A DNA stretch of 64,000 nt from an uncultured Chloroflexia bacterium (GCA_963828165.1 CAWHDR010000001.1:1600001-1664000); one strand, 5' to 3'; positions 29,026 through 39,844 are shown, numbered from the stretch's first letter. Notes: generated by a model from the letters alone, not told the origin. Program-made: numbers and translations.

Positions 29026-29838
29026 TCAGATCGCCGCCGAGCCGAGCTGCGCGGCCCGCTCCGCCTTGCGCGCCTTGGAGCGCTCGATGTGCGTCCGCAC
29101 GACCTCCGACGGATCGCCTTCGATGATCACGCGGCCCTTCTCGAGCAGCATCGCGCGGTTGCAGTACTCCTCGACCCAGGCCATGTCGTGGGTGACGAGC
29201 ACGATGCCCTTGGCCGCCTTCACGAGCTCGATCACCCGGGTCCGTGACTTCTCGCGAAATTCGGCGTCGCCGGTCGCGAGCACCTCGTCGAGCAGGAGGA
29301 TGTCCGGATCCACCGAGGTCGCGATGGCGAATCCCAGCCGCGCGCGCATGCCGGACGAGTAGGTCTTGATGGGGGCATCGATGAACTGGCCGAGGTCCGC
29401 GTAGTCGACGATGGACGGCAGGAGATCGCGGACGAGCCGGTCGTCGATGCCCATGAACGCGCCCGCCAGCAGGATGTTGTCCCGTCCGCTGAGGTCCTGG
29501 TCGAACCCCGCGCCGAGGGTCAGCAGGCTCGAGACGTGGCCGTTGACCTCGACGCTGCCCTCCGACGGCAGGATGATCCCGGCGAGGACCTGGAGCAGCG
29601 TGGACTTGCCGGCGCCGTTGGGCCCGATGACGGCGAGCGACTCGCCATGCACCAGACCGAAGGAAACGTTGCGAAGCGCCCAGAACGGCTCGTCTGAATC
29701 ACGCGAGAGCATCTGTCCGAGGGAGTTGCGGAACGTCGTCTTCTTCGTGAAGCGCAGCGAGTAGCGGACGCCGATGTCCATGGCATCGATGGCGTGCGGG
29801 CTGCTGGCGGAGATCGGGGGCGGGGATGCGATGGCCAT
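29026..29838 (-). CDS. wzt: Polysaccharide ABC exporter ATP-binding subunit (Wzt/TagH)
   Basis: FWALRNVSF, GPNGAGKST, YSSGMRARLGFAIA, LLLDEVLATGD. Confidence 0.9.
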   Translation of the reverse strand: MAIASPPPISASSPHAIDAMDIGVRYSLRFTKKTTFRNSLGQMLSRDSDEPFWALRNVSFGLVHGESLAVIGPNGAGKSTLLQVLAGIILPSEGSVEVNGHVSSLLTLGAGFDQDLSGRDNILLAGAFMGIDDRLVRDLLPSIVDYADLGQFIDAPIKTYSSGMRARLGFAIATSVDPDILLLDEVLATGDAEFREKSRTRVIELVKAAKGIVLVTHDMAWVEEYCNRAMLLEKGRVIIEGDPSEVVRTHIERSKARKAERAAQLGSAAI

Positions 29839-29840
29839 GG

Positions 29841-30725
29841 CTACAGGACTTTCGCGTAGGTCGGCTCGAGCCGCTTGAAGACGATGGCCCCGATCGCCAG
29901 CAGGACGATGCTCGCGCCCAACAGGCCGATGAGCGGCAGCCAGTCGGGGGCATGCGGCGATCCCACAGGCTCGCCGTAGATCACCGCGCGATACGACTCG
30001 AACAGGACCGCGAAGGGATTCGCGTGGGCGAGGGTGCGCAGCAACGGATTGTTCTGGAAGGTGGCGCTCGCATCGACGACGGCCATGCTGTACAGGGCGG
30101 GAGACAGGTAGAACCAGAGGCGCAGGACGTGCCGCAGGATGTTGCCCAGGTCGCGGAAGAACACGTTGATCGCCGAGACCAGGAACGACATGCCGAGCGT
30201 GAACACGTACTGCACGAACGCGATCACCGGGATCAGGATCAGGAATGGCGAGATCCGATCCTGGTACAGCAACATGATGGCACCGAGCGGCAGCAACCCG
30301 AACGCGAAGCCCACGACCCCGGCCGTCGTGGCCGCGACCGGCAGGACGAGCTTGGGAAACTGGATCTGCTTGATCAGCTTCTCCTGGCTGACCACGGAGC
30401 TCGCAGCGTCGCCGATGCTGGTGGTGAACCACTTCCAGGGCAGGATCGCCGACAGGATGAACAGCGGATAGTCGTCGATCTTGACGTCGAGGATCAGCGA
30501 CACGAAGACGACGTAGACACCCATCTGGAGCAGCGGATCCAGGACCCACCAGAAGTTGCCGAGGAACGTGTCCGCGCCCTTCTTCTTGATATCGGCCTGG
30601 ACGAGGTAGCGGACCAGGCGTCGTCGAGAGCGGATGTCTTCGATGGCTTCGCCGATGAGCCGCAGGGGACCCGGCCGGGCCGCTGCGTGACGGAACGCGG
30701 CGGGGGCCTCACTCGTGGCGGACAT
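29841..30725 (-). CDS. wzm: Polysaccharide ABC exporter permease (Wzm/TagG)
   Basis: LGNFWWVLDPLL, LIKQIQFP, FFRDL, WFYLSPALY, multiple TM helices. Confidence 0.9.
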   Translation of the reverse strand: MSATSEAPAAFRHAAARPGPLRLIGEAIEDIRSRRRLVRYLVQADIKKKGADTFLGNFWWVLDPLLQMGVYVVFVSLILDVKIDDYPLFILSAILPWKWFTTSIGDAASSVVSQEKLIKQIQFPKLVLPVAATTAGVVGFAFGLLPLGAIMLLYQDRISPFLILIPVIAFVQYVFTLGMSFLVSAINVFFRDLGNILRHVLRLWFYLSPALYSMAVVDASATFQNNPLLRTLAHANPFAVLFESYRAVIYGEPVGSPHAPDWLPLIGLLGASIVLLAIGAIVFKRLEPTYAKVL

Positions 30726-30826
30726 CGCCGCGAAGGGTAGCACCTCACCCGCTCGGGCCCTCCCGGCCCGCGGGCGCTGCCACGGTCCGCCCGGTATCCT
30801 CTGGCGCGACCATCTGAGGAGGGATC

Positions 30827-32131
30827 GTGACCCAAGACCGTCGAGTGGCCGTGATCGGCCTGGGCTACGTCGGCCTGCCGCTGGCCATCTCGTTCGTGGA
30901 GGCCGGGCTGGAGGTCGAGGGCATCGACGCGTACGCCGGCCGGGTCGAGGAGCTCAACGCCGGTTCCTCCCCGATCGACGACGTCACGAACGATCGCCTG
31001 GCCGCCGCCCTTCGTAGCGGCATGCGGGTCTTGCTGCCGGAGGGGGCGGACCTCGCCGCGGCCGACGCGATCTTCGTGTGCGTCCCGACTCCGATCAAAT
31101 CGACGAAGGATCCGGACCTGTCCCCGGTGCTCGCGGCGGCCGAGACCATCCGCGGAGCGCTCCGGAAGGGCCAGCTCATCGTCCTTCAGTCGACGACCTA
31201 CCCCGGCACGACGATGGGTCCGTTCCGCGAGGTCCTCGAAGGGAGCGGTCTCAAGGCCGGCGAGGACTTCGACCTCGCCTTCGCCCCGGAGCGTGTCAAC
31301 CCCGGTGATCCGGCGAGTGCCAGCAAGGGTGTCCCGCGGCTGGTCGGTGCGACGACGCCGGAGGCCACGAAACGCGCGGCCGCGCTCCTCGCGAACATCA
31401 ACGATCACGTCATCGAGATGAGCTCACCCGACGCGGCCGAGCTCAGCAAACTCCTCGAGAACGTGTTCCGCAACGTCAACATCGCGTTCGTCAACCAGCT
31501 CGCGCTGCTGTGCGAGCGCATGGGGCTCGACGCGTGGGAGGTCATCAACGCCGCCGCCACGAAGCCCTTCGGGTTCATGAAGTTCACGCCCGGCCCAGGC
31601 GTCGGCGGCCACTGCATCCCGGTCGACCCGTACTACCTCTCCTGGCGGGCACGCGAGTTCGACTTCATCGACCGCTTCATCGAGCTCGCGGGCGACATCA
31701 ACTTCGCGATGCCCCGCCACGTCGTCGGGCTGGTCGCCGATGCGTTGAACGACCGCGGGAAGGCGATGAAGGGTGCGAAGGTCGGGATCCTCGGCGTGGC
31801 GTTCAAGCCGAACGTGCGCGACGCCCGCAACTCCCCGGCCGCGGACGTCATCGCCGGCGTCGCGGAGCGTGGCGCGGAGGTGCGCTTCCACGACCCGCAC
31901 GTGGCGTCCTTCACCGACGGGTCAGGCGTCGTGCGCGAGGAGACCGGGCTCGACGAGCTGCTCGCCTGGGCCGACGTGATCGTCGTGGTGACGCCGCATC
32001 GCGACATCGATTGGCCGACCGTCTACGAGCGTGCGGACCTCGTCGTCGACACCGTCGACAGCTCGGCCGGCCGCTCGACGCGCGAGCGCCAGGTGCTGCG
32101 CCTGGGGGCCGGCTGGTCGACGCGAGCGTGA
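30827..32131 (+). CDS. Nucleotide-sugar dehydrogenase (UDP-GlcNAc/ManNAc 6-dehydrogenase family)
   Basis: IGLGYVGLPLA, VCVPTP, STTYPGTT, PERVNPG, GVGGHCIPVDP. Confidence 0.92.
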   Translation: MTQDRRVAVIGLGYVGLPLAISFVEAGLEVEGIDAYAGRVEELNAGSSPIDDVTNDRLAAALRSGMRVLLPEGADLAAADAIFVCVPTPIKSTKDPDLSPVLAAAETIRGALRKGQLIVLQSTTYPGTTMGPFREVLEGSGLKAGEDFDLAFAPERVNPGDPASASKGVPRLVGATTPEATKRAAALLANINDHVIEMSSPDAAELSKLLENVFRNVNIAFVNQLALLCERMGLDAWEVINAAATKPFGFMKFTPGPGVGGHCIPVDPYYLSWRAREFDFIDRFIELAGDINFAMPRHVVGLVADALNDRGKAMKGAKVGILGVAFKPNVRDARNSPAADVIAGVAERGAEVRFHDPHVASFTDGSGVVREETGLDELLAWADVIVVVTPHRDIDWPTVYERADLVVDTVDSSAGRSTRERQVLRLGAGWSTRA

Positions 32132-33351
32132 CGACCCGTACCCGCGGCGCGTCCGGAGCCGGCGCGGCGCGACCGGTCCTCATGATCGTCCACAGCTACT
32201 ACGAGGAGGACCCGCGCGTCCGGCGCGAGGCGGAGTCGCTGGTCGCGGCTGGGCGCCCGGTCGTGGTCCTGGGGCTTCGACAGCCGGATGGACCCGCCGT
32301 CTCCGAGGTTGCGGGTGTTCGCGTCCAGCACCTCGACGTGCAACGCCACCAGGGCGCGGGACTCGGCGTGTACCTGCGCGAATACGCGTCGTTCCTGGCA
32401 CGGGCGATGTTCGCCGCGGTTCGGCTGCATCGGCGCGAGCGGTTCGCGCTCGTCCAGGTCCACTCCCTGCCGGACTACCTGGTGTTCGCGGCGCTGCCGC
32501 TTCGGCTCGTCGGCGTCCCGGTCCTGCTCGACCTGCACGAGGCGATGCCCGAATTCTTCCGAAGCCGCTTCCCCGGCGCGTCGAACCCGCTCGTGCATCG
32601 TCTGCTGATGCTCCAGGAGCGACTGTCGATCGCGGCTTCGACGGCGGTCATCACGGTCAACCCCGCGATGCGCGACCGGCTCGTGAGCCTGGGCGTCCCG
32701 GCCGGGAAGGCGGGCGTGGTCGTGAACAGCCCGTCGCTCGGTCGGTTCGACGTCGCGGCCTTGCCGCAGCGCGCGTTTCGGGATGACGGCCGGCTTCGAC
32801 TCATCTACACGGGGGCGTTGACGCCGACCTACGAGCTGGACGTGGCGATCGCGGCCGTCGCCCGGATCGCGGCCGCCCGACCTGCGCTGGATGTCACGTT
32901 CGAGGTCTACGGCCGCGGCGACACGGGGGCGGCCTTGGCGGCGCAGGCGGCGGAGCTCGGGATCGCCGACCGGGTCACCTTCCACGGTCGCATCTCGATC
33001 GAGGACGTGCCTGCGGCCGTCGCCGGAGCCGACGTCGGCCTGGCCCCGACCCGCCATGACCGATTTACCGACATGAGCCTCTCGACGAAGGTGTTCGAGT
33101 ACGCCGCCATGGGCAAGCCTGTCGTCGCGTCACGCCTGCCGATGGTCGAGCGGACGTTCCCGCCAGGGACCGTGGCCGCGTACGAGCCGGGCGACCCGCA
33201 GGCGATGGCCGACGCGATCCTCGCCTTCGCCGACGACCCGGTCGCCCGCGACGCCGCCGTCGCCGCCACCGCCGAGATCGTCAGGACCGGCTCCTGGGAG
33301 CACGAATCGAAAGGCTATCTCGCGCTCGTGGAGCGGCTCATCCGCGGCTAG
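32128..33351 (+). CDS. Glycosyltransferase family 4 protein
   Basis: DPRVRREAESL, LDLHEAMPE, STKVFEYAAMGKPVVAS. Confidence 0.88.
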   Translation: MTTRTRGASGAGAARPVLMIVHSYYEEDPRVRREAESLVAAGRPVVVLGLRQPDGPAVSEVAGVRVQHLDVQRHQGAGLGVYLREYASFLARAMFAAVRLHRRERFALVQVHSLPDYLVFAALPLRLVGVPVLLDLHEAMPEFFRSRFPGASNPLVHRLLMLQERLSIAASTAVITVNPAMRDRLVSLGVPAGKAGVVVNSPSLGRFDVAALPQRAFRDDGRLRLIYTGALTPTYELDVAIAAVARIAAARPALDVTFEVYGRGDTGAALAAQAAELGIADRVTFHGRISIEDVPAAVAGADVGLAPTRHDRFTDMSLSTKVFEYAAMGKPVVASRLPMVERTFPPGTVAAYEPGDPQAMADAILAFADDPVARDAAVAATAEIVRTGSWEHESKGYLALVERLIRG

Positions 33352-33390
33352 GACGGCCGGGCGTGGCGGGTGTGGCGGGTGTGGGGGCGG

Positions 33391-33879
33391 CTACGGGTAC
33401 TTGGGTGGCGCGTTCCCGTCGCGCCAGTATTCGAGCGGGACGAGCTCGCAGGTCGAGTCGCGAACGGAGAGGCGACCGGTCCCCGATGACGGCAGATAGC
33501 ACCACAAGCCGACCACCCGGCGGTGGCCATCGACCTGATCCAGGACGACCGCCTCTCGGCTGAGGAGCCCACCGGTCAGGCTCGCGGTGATCGTCTCCCC
33601 GGCGCCCGTCACGAATGTGGTCGGCAGATCGGCCTGAACCGTCTTTGTGACCTTGGCCCGCTCGTCCGGCGGAAGCGCCTCCATCGTCCGCTCCACGACC
33701 GTCCGACACTTGACGTCTCCGTATTCGTCGCCGTCGCCACAGTCGGTCTCCGTGCCGATCCAGGTGCCGTCCACGAGGTGGACGTTCTCACCGTGCCACC
33801 CGGCGACGACCGGTGAGCTGGTGCAGGCCGAAAGCAGCAGGATGAGTGTCGCGAGACCGATCGGTGCGATGGATCGCAC
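33391..33879 (-). CDS. Hypothetical lipoprotein
   Basis: Lipobox LSAC after a hydrophobic signal; two Cys pairs. Confidence 0.65.
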   Translation of the reverse strand: MRSIAPIGLATLILLLSACTSSPVVAGWHGENVHLVDGTWIGTETDCGDGDEYGDVKCRTVVERTMEALPPDERAKVTKTVQADLPTTFVTGAGETITASLTGGLLSREAVVLDQVDGHRRVVGLWCYLPSSGTGRLSVRDSTCELVPLEYWRDGNAPPKYP

Positions 33880-33884
33880 GCTCG

Positions 33885-34925
33885 CTACGCGCGCCCCAGC
33901 GCTGAACGGACCTCGCGACGGACCTTGCGGGCGACGCGGCGCGGGAACGAGACCGGTGGGCGCGGTGGCTTGGGCAGCGGCGCTTGCGGCGCCACGGTCG
34001 CGGCAGTCTTCTCGATGGGAGTCAGCCAGGTCGTATCGACCTCGGCGAACTGGAGTGCCGGATCACCGAACAGGCGCAGGAATTCCGACACGATGTACTT
34101 CACGGCGTGGCGGTGGACGTGGCGGCCGTCCTCGCGGAAGTAGTCGCTCTGGCGTTCGGCCGTGACGACCATCTCGTACGAGTGGAAGTAGCGGACGTCG
34201 GGATGGCGGTCGACGAACTCGGACACGGCGGCGCGGATCCGGCTCTTCGACTCCATGTTCGCGACTCGGACGTCGTGGTCCGTGAAGGTGGTATGGAGCG
34301 GGACGGGCGAGGTCGTCAGCACGAGGGTCGCGTCCCGATCGCGCACGACGCGGCGGATCCGCTCCAGATCGGACAGCATGTCGGAAACGGTGAGCCGGTG
34401 GAATTCGGCGCCGAGGGACGGAAACACCGCGGGGTGCGGGATCCCGCGATACGTGTTGCCGGTCGAGGGATTGCGGAACGTCTCGATGAGCCCCAGCGTC
34501 GCGACCACCACCCGGGCGTCGCGGAACAGCTCGTCCGCCGCGGCATCCGCCTCCGACCGATCGTCCAGCAACGCGGCTTCGTCCGCGTGGGTCGTGCCGT
34601 AGTCGCGGAACGGATCGACGAACCCGCCGGGCACCGCCCAGGACGGCTCGGCGGCACGCTCGGGCCACGCGCCGGCCAACCGCTCCATCTCCTGGCGGAT
34701 GGTCGCGGTCGAGTAGAAGAGCCCGCCCGGGTGCATCCCGCCGACGATGCCGACCTTCTTCATCATCGACGCCAGCTCGGACGCGAAGCACGAACCGATC
34801 GTCGCGACCTTGGTCGTCGGTCCGATCAGCCGGTCTTCTGGCGCTCGGATCAGGAGCTCCCGCTCGGACCAGGCGTGGACGTTCGGCAACTCCCAGTCGC
34901 CGAGACGGCTCTTCAGCGTCGGCAT
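33885..34925 (-). CDS. GSCFA domain protein (SGNH-hydrolase-like)
   Basis: KVATIGSCFA, TLGLIE, LTTSPVPLHTTF, SKSRIRAA, YFHSYEMV, DGRHV. Confidence 0.85.
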   Translation of the reverse strand: MPTLKSRLGDWELPNVHAWSERELLIRAPEDRLIGPTTKVATIGSCFASELASMMKKVGIVGGMHPGGLFYSTATIRQEMERLAGAWPERAAEPSWAVPGGFVDPFRDYGTTHADEAALLDDRSEADAAADELFRDARVVVATLGLIETFRNPSTGNTYRGIPHPAVFPSLGAEFHRLTVSDMLSDLERIRRVVRDRDATLVLTTSPVPLHTTFTDHDVRVANMESKSRIRAAVSEFVDRHPDVRYFHSYEMVVTAERQSDYFREDGRHVHRHAVKYIVSEFLRLFGDPALQFAEVDTTWLTPIEKTAATVAPQAPLPKPPRPPVSFPRRVARKVRREVRSALGRA

Positions 34926-34982
34926 GGCGGCAGGATAGCGCGACCGTCGCACGGGGGCCCCCGAGTCGATATCCTCGGCCGC

Positions 34983-36977
34983 ATGGCAGACGAGCCGGGC
35001 CGGACGCTGCGCTTCGTCCCGGATGCACCCCGGGTCGCGCCCGACGACGGCTCGGTCACGGTCGTGCTGGACAGCACTTGGACGGCGACCGGCGAGCTGG
35101 CGAACAACGATCAGGTCATCGGGATCCGGGGTGTGGGCGGGCGCCTCCTCGAGGACCGCGATCTCATCGCCGAGACCGCCGAACGACTCGACGCCTGGGC
35201 AGCCGCTTCTGGGATCGTCGACAAGCTGCTCGTCGAGGGCACGTCGATGTGGTTCTACCTGAGGCTCTCGGTCTGGGTGTGGTTCCAGCAGCGGATCCTG
35301 TGGACGGCGCTCGTCGACGACCTCGTTCGCACGGTGGTGCCAGCGCGGATCGCGTGCGAGCCTGGAACGGACGACGTCGTGATCGAGGCCGCGCGGCTCA
35401 TCGCCGCGCGTGACGGGCTCGAGATCGAGGCACCGGACCTCCCCGACGTGGATCGATCGGGCCACGCAGCGCCTCTGCCGGCACCGGCCGCGCGCGTCGC
35501 GCCGGCCGCGGCGCCGACGGGTCTCGCCCAGTTCATGCGTCGCGGTGTCGGCAAGGTCCGCCGACTGGTCGCCGGCGACTCCGGCTCGATGGGCACCACA
35601 TCGGCGAGTTCGGGGGGCCTCCCCGCGCGCCGGCAGGCGATGATGGAGCGACTCGACGCACTTGCGACCGAATCGGGGCGCCTCCTCGTGGTCCTGGAGC
35701 ACACGCGCCAGCAGGTCGAGACCGCCGACGGGCCACGGGACGTCAACCCGTACCTCTCCCCGGTGGTGGACGCGCTCCGAGGGTCGGCGCTCGAGCCGAT
35801 CGAGATCGACCTCAAGGCTCGCGTCGATGACGACACATGGTGGGAGCGGCTCAACGCGCCGGACGGCGCGCGCCTGCTGCCGTCGTCGGCGATCTGGCGT
35901 GCCGGTGAGGCGGAGGGCGGTGCCGAGGGCGGAGACGGCGGCGTCCGGGCGGACGCGGCGCAGTCGTGGGTCGCCGTCGTCGGGGCGATCCGGACCCCGG
36001 TCACCGTCCACGGTGTCGACCTGGGACCGGCGCTCGTCGCACGGGTGTCCCAACTCGCCGCCCGTTGGATGCCGAGCAAGTCCCGTGCCGTCACCAGCGT
36101 CCGCGCGCTGCTCCGCCGCCTTCGACCGTCGGGCGTGCTCCTGGCGGACGAGTACCACCGCCAGGATTGGCTGACCGCAGCGCGGGCCGAGGGCGTGCCG
36201 GTCGCGGCGATCCAGCACGGCATGATCTATCGCGGCCACAACGGCTACGTCCATCGGGAGCGGCCGGACAGCCTGGCGCTTCCGGACCGGACGTACGTGT
36301 TCGGCGAGTGGGAGCGGGACGTGCTGGTCGAGGCCAGCGTCTACCGGGACGACGAGGTCCGGGTCAGCGGGTCGCCCCGGCTGGATCTCGCCGAGACGGC
36401 CCCGGACGTGGACGCCACCGCCCTCCGGGCCGAGTTGGGCGTCCGTCCGGGGGATCGCCTGGTCGTCCTGTCCGGGACCTACGGACCGGCGTATCGGCGG
36501 TTCCACATCCCGTACGCGCTCGATCGACTGCTGGACCGGCCATGGCCCGATGTCCACCTGGTCGTGAAGCAGCACCCTGGTGAGAAGGACCGTGGCCCGT
36601 ACGAGGCGCTCGTCGCGGGTCTCGCCACCGCCCGCGGCTTCGCGCCGCCGCCAGTGACCGTCGTCCAGCACATCGATCTGTACCGCCTCCTCCGGTCCGC
36701 GGACGCACATCTGGGGATCCACTCCACGGTCCTCACGGAGGCGGTCGCTGCCGGCACGCTCAACCTGCTCGCCGACACGCTCGCGTCCTCCGACCTGCTC
36801 GGGTACGTGGAAGCGGGCGTGGCCGTGCCGGTCCGGAACGGTGCGGATCTCCTGGCCGCCCTGGATGCGCCTGAGGCCGTCACGCCTCAGGCCCGCAGCG
36901 CCTTCCTGGCCCGCCATTTCCGCGCTGGCCGCGCGAGCGACCGGCTCCGCGGCGAGCTCCTGGAGTGGCTCGCGTGA
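34983..36977 (+). CDS. Surface-carbohydrate biosynthesis protein, putative GT-B fold transferase
   Basis: IQHGMIY, VFGEWE, SGSPRLD, VKQHPGE, STVLTEAV; directly upstream of the neuA-neuB fusion. Confidence 0.6.
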   Translation: MADEPGRTLRFVPDAPRVAPDDGSVTVVLDSTWTATGELANNDQVIGIRGVGGRLLEDRDLIAETAERLDAWAAASGIVDKLLVEGTSMWFYLRLSVWVWFQQRILWTALVDDLVRTVVPARIACEPGTDDVVIEAARLIAARDGLEIEAPDLPDVDRSGHAAPLPAPAARVAPAAAPTGLAQFMRRGVGKVRRLVAGDSGSMGTTSASSGGLPARRQAMMERLDALATESGRLLVVLEHTRQQVETADGPRDVNPYLSPVVDALRGSALEPIEIDLKARVDDDTWWERLNAPDGARLLPSSAIWRAGEAEGGAEGGDGGVRADAAQSWVAVVGAIRTPVTVHGVDLGPALVARVSQLAARWMPSKSRAVTSVRALLRRLRPSGVLLADEYHRQDWLTAARAEGVPVAAIQHGMIYRGHNGYVHRERPDSLALPDRTYVFGEWERDVLVEASVYRDDEVRVSGSPRLDLAETAPDVDATALRAELGVRPGDRLVVLSGTYGPAYRRFHIPYALDRLLDRPWPDVHLVVKQHPGEKDRGPYEALVAGLATARGFAPPPVTVVQHIDLYRLLRSADAHLGIHSTVLTEAVAAGTLNLLADTLASSDLLGYVEAGVAVPVRNGADLLAALDAPEAVTPQARSAFLARHFRAGRASDRLRGELLEWLA

Positions 36978-38687
36978 GCAGGCGGACGTTGTTCCTCATC
37001 CCCGCCCGCGGTGGCAGCAAACGCATCCCCGGCAAGAACCTGCGCAGCCTCGCGGGGATCCAGCTCGTGGCCTGGGCGGGCCGGATCGCCCAAGCCGCGG
37101 CGACGCCATGCTGACCTCGTCGTCTGCTCGACCGACGATCAGGAGATCGCGAACGTCGCCTCGACCTGGGGGATCCGTGTCCTGGACCGACCCGACGCCC
37201 TGGCCACCGACACCTCGACGTCGCTCGAGGTCGCGATCCACGCCATCGACGCCTTGGTCGTCGACGGCGAGCCGATCGACCTCTTCGCCCTCGTCCAGCC
37301 GACCTCGCCGCTGACCGATCCGGTCGATCTCCGCGCCGCGATCGAGCTCGCTCGCGAGACCGGCCGGTCCGTCGCGAGTGTCGCGGCGAGCCATCCGGCG
37401 GCGTGGCATCACGGCGTCGGCGTCGGCGCCGACGGCGGCCTCCGCCCGGTTGACACCGAGGATGCCGATCGCCTGCTCACCGGCGCCTTCTTCGTGACGA
37501 CGCCGGACGCCCTCCGCCGCAGCGGTCGCTTCGTCGAGCCGGGTGTGACCCTGGGCTACAGCACGCCGCCGGAGCGCTCGATCGACATCGACGAGCCGGC
37601 CGACCTCGCGGTCGCGGCTGCGCTCTTCGGCATCCGCGAGGTCGCGCCGTTCCGCCTCGGCAGCCGCGAGATCGGTGCCGCGGGAAGCGGTGTCTTCGTC
37701 ATCGCCGAGGCGGGCGTCAACCACGATGGCGATGTCGAGATCGCCCACCGGCTCGTGGAAGCCGCGGCCGACACCGGCGCAGATGCCGTCAAGTTCCAGA
37801 CCTTCGTGCCCGATGCCCTCGCATCGGCCGCCGCGCCCACCGCTGCGTACCAGCGCGCCACCGAACAAGGGCAGGATCAGCGGGCGATGCTCCAACGGCT
37901 CGCCCTGCCGACGGATGCCTGGCCCGCGCTCCGGCGACACGCCCTCGATCGCGGCATCGCGTTCCTCTCGGCGCCGTTCGATGACGCCTCCGCTGACCTC
38001 CTCGACGCGATGGACGTGCCGGGATTCAAGGTGGGATCGGGTGAGCTCACGAACCTGGCGTTCCTCGAGCGGTTGGCCCGCCGTGGCCGCCCGATGATCG
38101 TCTCGACCGGCATGGCGACGATGGTCGAGGTCGCCGCGGCGGTCGACACGATCCGAGCTGCCGGCCTCACGGAGCTCGCTCTCCTCCATTGCGTTTCCGC
38201 CTATCCCGCCGCGCCCCACGACGCGAACCTGGCGGCGATGCGAACGATGCGCGACGCGTTCGGGCTGCAGACGGGCTGGTCGGACCACACGCCCGGCACC
38301 GAGCTGCCGATCGCCGCGACCGCGCTGGGTGCCACGATCATCGAGAAGCACCTGACGCTCGACCGGACTCGCCGCGGGCCCGACCACAGGATGTCGCTCG
38401 AGCCGTCCGAGTTCGCGACGATGGTCGCGGCCATCCGGGCCACCGCGGACGCAGTCGGCGACGGCGACAAGGTCCCGACCGCGGCCGAGCGCGAGGTCGC
38501 CGCCGTGGCGCGGCGGAGCCTGCACTGGGCTCGTGACCTATCCGCGGGCGAGACCATCGCCGAAGGTGACCTGCTCGCGCAGCGACCGGGCACCGGCATC
38601 TCCGCGGCACGGCTGCACGAGCTCGTCGGCCGTCGGACGACCCGTGCCGTGCAAGCTGGCGCGATGGTGAAGGAAGGGGACGCGTGA
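36974..38687 (+). CDS. Fused CMP-nonulosonate cytidylyltransferase (NeuA/LegF-like) and nonulosonate synthase (NeuB/LegI-like); frameshift ~37105
   Basis: LIPARGGSKRIPGKN (first frame); STDD, LVQPTSPL, SIDIDEPAD; then IAEAGVNHDGD, AVKFQT, KVGSGELTN, LHCVSAYP, GWSDHT, IEKHLTLDR, SAF domain. Confidence 0.85.
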
Positions 38688-39844
38688 AGACCATCGCGGT
38701 CCTCACGACCGGCCGCCAGGACTGGGGGATCCTGCACTCGACGGCGGTCGCGATCCGGTCGCACCCCGAGCTCGAGCTGCGGCTGATCGTGGGCGGAACG
38801 CACCTCTCGAGATGGCACGGGCAGACCATCCGGGACGTCCGGGCCGATGGGTTCGAACCCGACGTCATCCTGCCGTGGCCCGGCGAGGACGACGCGACCG
38901 AGGACCCGCCCGCCGCCACCCAGGCCGCGAGGTCGCTCGAAACGGTCGGGGCGGCGCTGCGGCAGGTGCCGCCGGATGCGCTGCTGCTGGTCGGGGACCG
39001 GCTCGAGACGGCCGCGGCCGCGCTCGCCGCGACCCTGGAGCGCGTCCCGATCATCCACCTCCACGGTGGCGAGCAGACTCTCGGCGCCTTCGACGATGCG
39101 CTCCGCCACGCCATCACAAAGCTCAGCCACCTCCATCTCGTGAGCCACGAGGAGCACGCCAAGCGAGTGATCGCGATGGGCGAGGATCCAGCCAGCGTCC
39201 ACGTCGTCGGGGCGCCCGGATTGGACGCCGCCGCCCGCGACGACCTGCCGTCGCGCGAGGAGCTCGCCGGGACCTCGGAGATGGCGCTCGACGCGCCGAT
39301 CGTGCTCGTGACCGTCCACCCGACGACCTTGGAGCAGGATCCGATCCGGCGCGCGCGCGGTCGCCGTCGTCGCGGCGATGGATGCGGTCGAGGCGACGTA
39401 CGTCATCACGATCCCGAAGCCGACCCGGGCGGGGATGCCGATTCGTGACCTGACTGCAGGCGGCCGCCGCCGGACCCGGTCGCGTTGGGGTCGAGGCCCT
39501 TGGCGACGCGGCGCTACTGGGGTCTGCTTCGGATCGCCGACGCGATGCTCGGCAACAGCTCGAGCGCGCTCATCGAGGCTCCGGCCGTGGACCTGCCGGC
39601 CGTCGACGTCGGCGATCGCCAGGCCGGCCGACGGGCAGGCCCCAACATCCTCCACGCCCCCGCCGACCCGCAGTCGGTCACCGACGCCCTGCGCGAAGCG
39701 CTCGATCCAGCAACACGGCGCCGGGTCATCGCCGCCCGCCCCGCGCTCGTACACGGTCTGGCCGGGGCGCGCATCGCGGATATCATCGCCGCATGGCGAC
39801 CACCCAGACCGCCGCGCAAGCCCCCGATCACGGTGCCGGGCTGA
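38684..39844 (+). CDS. neuC: Hydrolysing NDP-sugar 2-epimerase (NeuC/LegG-like), several frameshifts at ~39340-39490
   Basis: TTGRQDWGIL, GDRLE, HLHGGE, DDALRHAITKLSHLH; C-terminal frame GNSSSALIEAP..VGDRQAGR. Confidence 0.8.

Noticed and set aside
33352-33390. Short GTGGCGGGT tandem repeats between convergent genes
   Set aside because: Too short and low-complexity to support a function.
33885-36977. Two ~1000-aa overlapping antisense ORFs
   Set aside because: High-GC open-frame extensions; the real genes start divergently at 34925 (-) and 34983 (+).
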